Assembly (NCBI RefSeq): GCF_006345805.1
Contig: NW_021824305.1
Location: 1-19,247 of the forward strand
DNA from: Octopus sinensis
Taxonomy: Eukaryota
Direction: 5' to 3'
DNA length: 19,247 nt
Shown here: positions 1 through 9,416 of the stretch, piece by piece
Layout: every line of letters starts with the position of its first letter
How positions within the stretch are numbered: the stretch's first letter is position 1
The notes under the pieces: model-generated
Told to the model about the DNA's origin: nothing
What the model saw: only the letters and a program-made list of their open reading frames with translations
The model's database searches: none
Position numbers and translations under genes: made by a program

Positions 1-619
1 CGCATCTATTTCATTCTTTTTAATTCCTCCTCCTCACCCTACATTTTGAAGAATGACTAAACTTTCTAGTATAAGCTTACAAACATAACTGTTTTACGCT
101 AAACATTTTTCATCTTTTTATGATTAAAAAATAACAATACCAAGTATTGTTTCCAACGGTTAGATTTAATTTAAATTAGGTAACGTTTTCTCATTGGCAA
201 TTTCTCTAACTAAATCGCACTGTTTTGCATATATGGATCTATATTTAGCCAATCTATACTAATCTATAGAGAGAACGTTATCGATATCGCTATATTTATA
301 CCATCCCCTAACCGTTCATCCGTTAGTTGTGGTTTAATAATGGACGTCATTCCCATCATAATCACACATGCATAGGAACAAATAAAGATGAAACTCATAG
401 TTCCAGCTTCTCTGCTCTTTTTTTTAAAGTTCCTATTATCTTTTCTGCACTGATGAGTACTTTCATATTTGCAAATTCTAAAATGAATTTATATCTATGT
501 ACAAATCGATTGTATGCATGAACAAACATTTTATACAAACTTTTAACATCTAATCTCCTCCATTTTTGACAATATGATTGATTTGTGGAACTGCATTCTA
601 TAAATTAATCATACGCTTT

Positions 620-646
620 ATATATATCTATATATATTATAGATAG

Positions 647-685
<39 letters not shown>

Positions 686-745
686 GTATATATATTATAT
701 ATAATTATATAGCATTATATATATGTATGCATATATATGTATATA
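620..745. repeat. (TA)n-rich microsatellite
   Basis: Interrupted TA dinucleotide run seen directly. Confidence 0.9.
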
Positions 746-1023
746 CATTTGGCTTCCGAGTGTTCGGATATGTGGTAATGTTTGTATAGGGGATTATACA
801 GATTTCCTCAAACCTGCATCAAAGGTGACCCTTTACATGGTGTGTCTTTGATGCATCTATGATGAAGTTCCACTCAAATGTTTCAAACCGCAAACGTTAT
901 ATAAATTTTCACGTTGAACTTTTGCGTGAACTGGCGTTGAAAGCAGTGTTGGTACAGAAGCAATTGGAATTTATAATTAAAAATGTATTAAACGCTTTAT
1001 TTGTCTTCTCATTTACATTATAG

Positions 1024-1088
1024 TGTCAGCTCAGTTAAACCCACGCAACGGTTTTACCGTCGTTAAATCAGGATTTTCAACGCCAGAA
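1024..1088 (+). CDS. Candidate small internal exon (xSAQLNPRNGFTVVKSGFSTPE), product unknown
   Basis: A pyrimidine-rich tract ends in TAG at 1021-1023 and a perfect GTAAGT donor sits at 1089-1094. One frame is open (phase 1 to phase 0). No recognisable homology. Confidence 0.3.
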
Positions 1089-1096
1089 GTAAGTAT

Positions 1097-1501
1097 AGTG
1101 GCTCAGTGGTAAGTAGCTTGCTTACCAACCACATGGTTCCGGGTTCAGTCCCACTGCGTGGCACCTTGGGCAAGTGTCTTCTACTATAGCCTCGGGCTGA
1201 CCAAAGCCTTGTCAGTGGATTTGGTAGACGGAAACTGAAAGAAGCCCGTCGTATATATGTATATATATATATGTGTGTTTGTATGTCTGTGTCTGAATCC
1301 TCCCCACACACACACAACATCGCTTGACAACCGATGGTGGTGTGTTTACGTCCCCGTAACTTAGCGGTTCGGCAAAAAGAGGCTGATAGAATAAGTACTA
1401 GGCTTACAAAGAATAAGTCCTGGGGTCGAGTTACTCGACTAAAGGCGGTGCTCCAGCATGGCCACAGTCAAATGACTGAAACCAGCAAAAGAGCAAAAGA
1501 G
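1097..1501 (+). mobile_element. tRNA-derived CORE-type SINE (common octopus family), near full length
   Basis: A-box TGGCTCAGTGGT (1099-1110), B-box GGTTCAGTCC (1142-1151), CORE-like CACCTTGGGCAAGTG, internal (TA)/(TG) tract and 3' AAAAGAG repeats. Related copies occur at 4040, 4629, 9971, 10638 and 13420. Confidence 0.9.
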
Positions 1502-1629
1502 TATATATTCCAGCTTCTCTGCTCTTTTTTAAAGTTCCTATGTATACGTACGAATATGAGTGAGCGCGTACGCTTGTGTATGTATGTAATATCACTTTCT
1601 CTACGTTTCTTAATGTATTTATTTTGCAG

Positions 1630-1681
1630 GAAACACAATTCTTACTTTAAACAATGATATATCTTCATTACGATTTTTACA
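1630..1681 (+). CDS. Weak candidate exon (xNTILTLNNDISSLRFL)
   Basis: Good acceptor TATTTATTTTGCAG (AG at 1628-1629), possible GTCAGT donor at 1682, one open frame. Its phase does not join directly to the 1024 candidate. Confidence 0.2.
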
Positions 1682-1963
1682 GTCAGTATTCTTGTAATTA
1701 AATTTCGAAGTTAAATAGTAATTTATATTTATACAGAGTGCTATAGTGAATCCTCTTCCAAATCACCTCCTTGTTGATTTTACAATGCGACATGTTTATT
1801 TTATTAAACTTTGAAATATTGTCATTATTCTTGTCGTTTGTCGTGGTAGAACAGCCACCGACGCTGTCTCTGTTATTCTTACTATCGTATTTGTGGAGGC
1901 GCAATGGCCCAGTGGTTATACTGTTTTTTGGTGTTGTTTTTGTTGTTGTTATATGTATGGAGT

Positions 1964-2317
1964 GGAGGCGCAATGGCCCAGTGGTTAGGGCAGCGGACTC
2001 GCGGTCGTAGGATCGCGGTTTCGATTGCCAGACCGGGCGTTGTGAGTGTTTATTGAGCGAAAACACCTAAAAGCCCCACGAGGCTCCGGCAGGGATGTTG
2101 GTGATCCCTGCTGTACTCTTTCACCACAACTTTCTCTTACTTCCTGTTTCTGTTGTACCTGTATTTCAAAGGGCCAGCCTTGTCACTCTCTGTGTCACGT
2201 TGAATATCACGTGTCTGTGGAGTGCTCAGCCACTTACACGTTAATTTCACGAGCAGGCTGTTCCATTGATTCGGATCAACCGGAACCCTCATCGTCGTAA
2301 CCGACGGAGTGCTTCCA
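1964..2317 (+). mobile_element. tRNA-derived SINE, second family
   Basis: tRNA-like head GGAGGCGCAATGGCCCAGTGGTTAGG...GGTTTCGATT with A- and B-boxes, then a body ending GTAACCGACGGAGTGCTTCCA. It lies within an old degenerate (GTT/GCT)n tract at about 1820-2520. Confidence 0.85.
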
Positions 2318-2599
2318 TCAATTGCTAATATTGTGATCGTATCTTTCACACTCGTTGCCTTTACTGATATTCCTGTTGATTATGTCGTTGTTGCTGCTAG
2401 CGATGCTACTCTACGTGTTGTTAGTTTTCTTATTGTTGCTGTTCTTGATGATGCTTATGGAGGTAATAACTGCATCTGTGTTATTATTATCGCTGCCTTT
2501 TTGTTGTTGCTGTTGTTTTTTCAGTACTAATTAAACCCTGAAGAAACGACCAATGCATCATCTGGGGCGTTCCACCTTGACTGTTCTCTACTACTTTAT

Positions 2600-2898
2600 G
2601 GCGGCGAGCTGGCAGAAACGTTAACGCGCCGCGCGAAATGCTTAGCAGTATTTCGTCTGCCGCTACGTTCTGAGCTCAAATTCCGCCGAGGTCGACTTTG
2701 CCTTTTATCCTTTCGGGGTCAATAAATTAAGTACCTATTTCTTTATTACCCACAAGGGGCTAAACATAGAGGGGACAAACAAGGACAGCCATAAATTAAG
2801 TACCAGTTATGCACTGGGGTCTACGTAATCGGCTTAATCCATTTCTCTGTCTTTCTTTGCCCCCTCTATCTTTTGCGCCTGTGGGCAATAAATATAAT
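2600..2898 (+). mobile_element. tRNA-derived SINE, third family (GGCGGCGAGCTGGCAGAA head), interrupted by an inverted tail fragment
   Basis: The head, B-box-like GAGCTCAAATTCC, body GAGGTCGACTTTGCC and 3' tail GTGGGCAATAAA match the copies at 2899, 4182 and 11612. Confidence 0.9.
2736..2790 (-). mobile_element. 55-bp 5'-truncated SINE tail inserted in reverse, flanked by a 14-bp duplication
   Basis: The segment is the reverse complement of the family tail seen at about 4353-4407. It is flanked by exact ATAAATTAAGTACC at 2722-2735 and 2791-2804. Confidence 0.85.
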
Positions 2899-3097
2899 AC
2901 GTTACCACGCCGGGTGAAATACTTAGTGGCATTTCGTGTGTCTTTACGTTCTGAGTTCAAATTCCGCCGAGGTCGACTTTGCTTTTCATCCTTTCGGGAT
3001 CGATAAATTAAGTACCATTTGTGTACTGGGGTCAATCTGATCGACTGGCCCCCACCCCTACAGTTTCGGGCCTTGTGCCTAGTGTAGAAAAAAAAAA
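2899..3097 (+). mobile_element. 5'-truncated SINE of the third family with an alternative 3' tail
   Basis: Same body as the 2600 copy, but it ends CCCCACCCCTACAGTTTCGGGCCTTGTGCCTAGTGTAG followed by poly(A). Confidence 0.85.
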
Positions 3098-3224
3098 CGC
3101 ATTTTACAAACAAAAGCTCGCTTGTACACACTCACAATTAGAAATGTTTCTGTATATATTTAATTCACACTTCCCAACGTTTTCATGTGAGATTTTTTCA
3201 TTATTTATGCATATTATATTATAT

Positions 3225-3228
3225 ATAC

Positions 3229-3271
<43 letters not shown>

Positions 3272-3560
3272 GTATATATATAATGTAAGATATATAATTG
3301 TAATATATATATATATATGTGTGTGTGTGTGTATGTATTATGTATGTATGCATGAATGTATGTACGTATGTTTGTATGTATATATATATATATATATACA
3401 TATATGTGTCTGTGTATGTATATGCATATATATATGTTTGTGTATGTACATTTTTGTGTATATATTAATTTTACAATAATTTTTAATGTTTCTCTGTGCA
3501 ATGCTTGTTTCTACATCCAGCTATACATACATACATACATACATACATACATACATACAT
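3225..3560. repeat. Compound (TA)n/(TG)n/(TACA)n microsatellites
   Basis: Seen directly; explains the ORFs at 3021, 3214, 3219, 3356 and 3486. Confidence 0.9.
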
Positions 3561-4039
3561 AAACACCCATTTACATACGTTCTTCAATTTCCTAATATAA
3601 TTCCAAACTTCCAATGGATTCCATATTTACCTTTATCGTTATTTATTGTATCTGAATTCACTGACGTCTAAAATAATAAATTCACGTTACGTTGAGTATT
3701 ATTTATATATTTATATCTGGTTCTATATTGCAGTGACTTATATATATATTTAATTTCTCGTGGAAAATTTATGCTGGCTAAATGTAACAAAGCACAGTAT
3801 TTGATTCTGCAAATTCTCACTGCTAATAGATCTATAGTAAATGTTGCATACCCCATGTGATATTTTGCAGACCAATCGATAAATTGTTTTATTGGATATT
3901 ACTTTGAGCCTAAGTTATTGATTTTCATCTATTGTGTTTTACATGTGCATGAGACCTTCGTAGGAGCGAATGGTGTTTCATAGGGGTTTTATAGGTACAG
4001 ATGCTGCTGGTCAGAGTGACCATGCTTCTGCCAATTTAT

Positions 4040-4440
4040 GTGCAGTCCTGAGGTGTGAGATTAAGAAACTCGCTTTGAAACCACGTGGTTTCGAGTTCAA
4101 TGACATGGCTCGGCACTTCGAGTAGGCATTTTGGTGTATAGCACCGTGTGTGGATTTACTTGGGCGGAAACTATATGGAGATCCGAGCTGGCAGAAACGT
4201 TAGCACGCCGGGCGAAATGCGTAGCCGTATTTGGCTGCGCTACGTTCTGAGTTCAAATTCGGCCGAGGTCGACTTTGCCTTTCATCCTTTTGGGGTCGAT
4301 TAAATAAGTACCAGTTACCCATCCAGGTGGATGTAATCAACGTGATCCGTTTGTCTGTTCTTGTTTGTCCCCTCTATGTTTAGCCCCTTGTGGGCAATAA
4401 AGAAATAGGAAACTATATGGAGACCCGTCATATATGGCTG
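4040..4440 (+). mobile_element. Old CORE-type SINE interrupted by a younger SINE
   Basis: Diverged head (TTAAGAAACTCGCT...CCACGTGGTTTCGAGTTCA) and GTGGATTT...GGAAACT...CCCGTC segments are collinear with the 1097 copy and resume after the nested element. Confidence 0.6.
4182..4407 (+). mobile_element. Young third-family SINE with a 16-bp target-site duplication
   Basis: Exact GGAAACTATATGGAGA at 4166-4181 and 4408-4423; the element runs from CCGAGCTGGCAGAA to AATAAAGAAATA. Confidence 0.9.
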
Positions 4441-4628
4441 TACGGTAAGAAGTTTGCTTCTAAATCACATGTTTAAGGGGTCATGTGTCTGTGTTTGTGT
4501 AGTCGAATGACTCAAACATATAAAAGAATAAAAAAATAAATAGATGTTATCCGGAGAAAGCTGTAATTCTGTGTATCTTCTTTTATAACCAGTTGTTGCT
4601 ATATTTCAATTAATTCTTTTAGTTAAAT

Positions 4629-4668
4629 TTTCAAGCGATAATGGGGGACAAATACAGACCCCCCCCAT

Positions 4669-4709
<41 letters not shown>

Positions 4710-4771
4710 ACAGGCTTCTTTCAAAATCAGTCTACCGAATCAACTCACAGGGCCTTGGCTGGCCTGAGGCC
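4629..4771 (-). mobile_element. CORE-type SINE internal fragment
   Basis: The reverse complement reads ...GTGAGTTGATTCGGTAGACTGATTTTGAAAGAAGCCTGTTG(TA)n...GTCTGTATTTGTCCCCCATTATCGCTTGA, collinear with 1190-1330. Confidence 0.75.
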
Positions 4772-4789
4772 AAAAAAGGTAATTAGTTT

Positions 4790-4980
4790 CGTTTCTTTAA
4801 GTTCTTGAGTTCACTGCCCGCAGATATTGATTTTGTTGTCTTCTAGAGGTTTGATAAAATAAAGCAGCCCGAGTTAGATAGTGGAATTGACTTCATCGAG
4901 CCTAATCTGCCTTAAGATATACGACACCCAATATAATTCTATAGTGGCCCCGTAAATTATTGTTGACCTTGAACATGTGT
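4790..4980 (+). mobile_element. Highly diverged third-family SINE remnant
   Basis: GTTCTTGAGTTCA...GATAAAATAAAG...CATCGAG are collinear with the young copies, but identity is low. Confidence 0.45.
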
Positions 4981-5039
4981 CTCTAAGTTGGTGAGGTGTT
5001 TGCTGAAAACCGGTAGTTGCCTCATGCGTGACAGTTTCT

Positions 5040-5222
5040 CCTTCCGATACCAGTAATGTTGGAAGAAGACCACAGATTTAGTATCCATAATACTCAGCAC
5101 CAGAGTCTCGCCAGAGACATTGCTGTCATCAGAGCATAAGATACAACGATGTTCTCAGTTCGGTTCGAACTTGGATCGTAGAGACTCAAAACAAATAACA
5201 CGATGTATTTTAACCAAATCTG
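5040..5222 (-). mobile_element. Old tRNA-derived SINE remnant
   Basis: The minus strand has an A-box-like TGGTTAAA followed by a B-box-like AGTTCGAACC at tRNA-like spacing. Confidence 0.35.
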
Positions 5223-5704
5223 TAAACAATTAACCTCATTTCTGTTTAATCAAGATATTAATATTCCCTAGAAATTCAACCAATTCTGTTTCTCTACAAG
5301 AATTGTGTTTCACATGCTATTTTACTAAATTCTTAAACATCGACAGGCTATGAACGAAACAAAAGAAAATATTATTTGATATTTCATTTCGAAAATAGTT
5401 ATTAATTCAACTCCAAATTACTTAACCATTATTTCAAATTATTTCGAATGAAATCGGTTTATAGCTAAACAAGCGAAAACTAATTATTTCTACATATAAA
5501 ATTGTTTACTAGTACAATTTCTATTGAGGAAAAAACGAAAAGAGCAAGAATGTTAAAATTTTATAAAAATTTCAAAATATATTTCTATGAGAAATGTTTT
5601 AAGTATTCTTAATGGAATAAGTTTGAAACTTCAATTAAAATGTTTAATTATCTCAAATGGAAATTGTCTACGATTTCAAATGGAAACGGCTCATCAATAC
5701 AGGT

Positions 5705-5755
<51 letters not shown>

Positions 5756-5879
5756 CAATAACGAGGTTCGTACAATTAACAACATCTTTATTTACATATG
5801 TACAAAAATATTTGTTATATAATGTTATTCGAATTATTTCTAATTTAGCTGAAATTTATATAAATTCAGTCTTAAACAG

Positions 5880-6809
5880 AAACATATACGACTTTTGATA
5901 CTTTCGGTTATCATTCCTTTTTAATTCAGTGTCCATTTTATTCTATTGTTTTTTTCCTTTTATCTGAGATCATCTTTCATTTGATATGCCTTGTATCAGA
6001 AATTTCTCGTTGATCTCATGTTTAACCTATCAGTTTATTCCAAAAATATTTTTGCAATATCTTCATCGATTTTTTCCCATCTTGTTTAGTGGGAGCGGAA
6101 AACGAACAAAAATTTCACCTTCCTTATCATGAATCGCAAAGTTGTTTGAATAAATTTTCATTGATAACCTGTCTGGTAATGTCAGCATTGTGTCACTATC
6201 TTCTAGTTCATCACAATATTAATTTTGAGCGTGAGCGTCACATTCTGTTTCGATATCTAGGTCAGTCCAATTAACAAACAGTGTCTGAGTTGTGGTGATG
6301 TTAGTTTGACGAAGCAACAGCTAAAATTGAAGCAATCACATTTGGATCTGTCTAATCAACAACGGGATCCTTAGAGTTAAATATTTGGATTTGGCCAAGC
6401 AATAACTGGGATCCGAATTTGTATAGCTGGGTATATCCAGTCAAAAACTAGAGCCGAATTGTGGACATTTGAGTTCGACATAGCAATGGCTGAAACTGAA
6501 GTTTAAATATCAAGATCTATTCAAACAACAAAGGGTGACTTAAGTATTAACATCTGGATCTGGCCATGCAATAACTGGGTTTGAAGTGTAGGCTCCACTC
6601 TCAGGCCAAGGAGTAAGACGATAAGGTGCATCAACATCTATAGCTGAAGCGGAGGTATTTATATTGGGTGGAGGGCCAGATATGGAAGTTGAGATAACAG
6701 AAGCCTGGTTACTGCACGGTAAACATAGAATACATCTTTCAAATAATTGCCTGACGCTTGCAACGAATCGAGCCAGGGGACTTTGGCGGTTTCCATTTTC
6801 TGTCGACAT
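5880..6809 (-). pseudogene. Decayed ORF: intact 89-aa 5' part, then disrupted W-[PT]-D-[PL]-[DN]-[IV] repeats and a disrupted helical-looking segment; product unknown
   Basis: ORF 6809-6540 starts in an AAAATGT context and is not low complexity. About six motif copies (NPVIAWPDPDV, IPVIAWPNPNI, PFVV*IDLDI, PVVD*TDPNV, LFVNWTDLDI) are spread over shifting frames. 6549-6578 and 6380-6409 match at 26/30 nt. Confidence 0.4.
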
Positions 6810-7184
6810 TTTACAAATGACAAAAATAATTTTCAGCAGACATATTGCAAATTTGATGCAAGTAAACGTATTTTAATAATTTACATACATGCATATTATA
6901 TATATATAATTCGTTATATACATGTAGTATACAATATATAAACGCATGTAACATATACATATATATGTATATATATGTATGTGTATATATATATTTATAC
7001 ATATATATACACCAATGGATATATACCAAACTACAAGTAACAAGGAATGTACAAGACGACGTAGAGCTCGCTTCTAAGGTATCTTAGAATCTTTCTATAT
7101 TTCTCTATATTTCTTACTATGACCTCATAATGTTTGTTCGTTAATATCAGAATCATTAATTTAATATGTAAAGAAGTTCATATA

Positions 7185-7223
7185 TTCTCACAAACTCACA
7201 CACACACACACATGCACGTACAT

Positions 7224-7265
<42 letters not shown>

Positions 7266-7621
7266 TCACTCATTCACTCACTCATTCACACACTCACTCA
7301 CACACTCATTCAGACACTCACTCACTCAGTCATACACACACTTACTTACTCACTCACTCAGTCACACACTCACTCACTCACACACACACTCGCTCCCTCA
7401 CTCTCTCTCACACAAGCGCGCACACATGCACGCACACACTCCCTCAGTCAGTCAGTCACTCAGTACTCTCTCACTCAGTCACTCAGTCACTCACTCACAC
7501 ACACGCTCTCTCTCACACATACACACACACACGCACATTCATTCAGTCAGTCAGTCAGTCACTCACATTCACTCACACACCCACACCGCAAAGAAGACAC
7601 AAGGCTTAGTGTGTCTATGTG

Positions 7622-7669
<48 letters not shown>

Positions 7670-7690
7670 CCTATATACCTATATATATAT
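7185..7690. repeat. Compound (CA)n/(TCAC)n/(TCAG)n then (CT)n/(CTAT)n microsatellite
   Basis: Seen directly; explains the His/Thr/Ser ORFs at 7134 and 7222. Confidence 0.9.
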
Positions 7691-7695
7691 ATGTA

Positions 7696-7945
7696 TTGGG
7701 TTGTTGCATAATTATTGCGGTTTTTCTTCAACAGACCTTCTTCAACAAAAACAATAACAATATTTAACAAAAACATCTTTAAAGGACGTTTTGACCATCT
7801 GCCAAGCAAATGGGAAGCAGCAATTGAAGTAGATGGTGAATATGCTCCGGAATAATCATTTAAAGACGATTTTGTTACATGTTGTTATTGTTTTTATTTA
7901 ACAAAATATGTTGAAAAACGACGCAATAAATATGCACCAACCCAA
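7696..7945 (+). mobile_element. Non-autonomous mariner (Tc1/mariner) deletion derivative, 250 bp
   Basis: 24-bp TIRs at 7696-7719 and 7922-7945 (22/24 match), TA on both sides, and TIRs that resemble the recalled Hsmar1/cecropia type. 7784-7855 encodes GRFDHLPSKWEAAIEVDGEYAPE*, a mariner transposase C-terminus. Confidence 0.9.
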
Positions 7946-8175
7946 TACATACATACATACATACATACATACATACATACATACATACATACATACGTGT
8001 GTGTGTGTGTATGTGTGTCTATATATACATAGAGCAAGGTAGATATACATGTATATTTGAATGGGTGTATATACATATATATATGTGTGTGTATGTGTAT
8101 ACACCTATTCACACAAGCATGTATATATTTATATTTGAATGTATGTGCTTTTACACACACACACACACACATACA
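7946..8175. repeat. (TACA)n/(TG)n/(CA)n microsatellite
   Basis: Seen directly. Confidence 0.85.
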
Positions 8176-8567
8176 TAAATGTACGTATGTAGGTACATAT
8201 ATGTTTACACAGGAAGCCTTTCGAAGTATGCAAACTAAAAAGATGATTTCAACCAGAAAAATAAATTTAATTGTAAATTAAATCGTTATATTTTTCAAGG
8301 TAAACTAGCACTAAATTAATATAGCGAGTAATGCAGGACATTGGAAGGTGTTACGTAAAAGGTGTTACGTAAAACAGCCAGACACACACGGTAAGAAAAC
8401 AAGGTAAGATAGAGAGTCAAAACCAGGTAGTTGTGGCACAAGTCAAAAGATTTCGAATTTAGGAACGTAAGAGTCTGAAAAACAAACACGAATATATTCT
8501 CATAGTCGCCTCGTAATATTTCAATGAAGCAAAATAAATAAATAGATAAAGATGCAAGGGACGATGC

Positions 8568-8570
8568 ATG

Positions 8571-8606
<36 letters not shown>

Positions 8607-9348
8607 TATCAACATCATCATCATCATCATCGTCGTCATCATCATCAATATCATCATCATCATGATCATCATCATTATTTGCAGCAGCACAGTCATCATT
8701 ATCAACATCATCATCCTCATCGTCGTCGTCGTCGTCATCATCATCATCATCATAATCATCATCATCATCATCATCACCATCATCATCATCAACATCTTCA
8801 TCATCATCATCATCATTATTTGCAGCAGCACCGTCATCATTATCAACATCATCATCATCGTCGTCGTCGTCGTCGTCATCATCATCATCATCATCGTCGT
8901 CGTCGTCGTCGTCGTCATCGTCGTCGTCGTCATCGTCGTCGTCATCGCCGTCATCATCATCATTATCAGCAGCAGCAGCAGCAGTAGCATCTGTAACAAC
9001 ATCGCCGCCACCACCAACACCCATCACCAACCTCATGATTCTGATGACCGTCAGCATTCCCTTCCTCCTCCTCGTCCTTACCATCACTTTTTTCTCTTCC
9101 TCCTGCTCGATCTCATTATCACATCCTCCTCCTCCTCATTATCATCATCATCACCACCACCACCATCATCATCATCCTCATCATCATCAACGTCGTCGTC
9201 GTCATCATCCTCATCATCACCATCATCATCATCATCTCATCATCATCATCATCATCATCATCACATCATCATCACCATCATCATCATCATCATCATCACC
9301 ATCATCATCATCACCATCATCACCATCATCATCATCATCATCATCACC

Positions 9349-9380
<32 letters not shown>

Positions 9381-9416
9381 CATCATCATCACCATCATCA
9401 TCATCACCATCATCAT

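Noticed and set aside
450-480. CTGATGAG as a hammerhead core or C/D snoRNA box
   Set aside because: No stem II followed by GAAA and no matching terminal stem or box D.
1097-2040. tRNA genes at the SINE heads (1097, 1964; also 2600, 4182)
   Set aside because: They have A/B boxes but no complete cloverleaf, and they continue into SINE bodies repeated across the window.
2309-2530. Hydrophobic 73-aa ORF resembling a membrane protein
   Set aside because: It is a translation of a degenerate (GTT/GCT/ATT)n tract next to a SINE end.
3996-4053. Possible exon TDAAGQSDHASANLCAVL
   Set aside because: Its 3' part and putative donor overlap the head of an old SINE, and the splice signals are weak.
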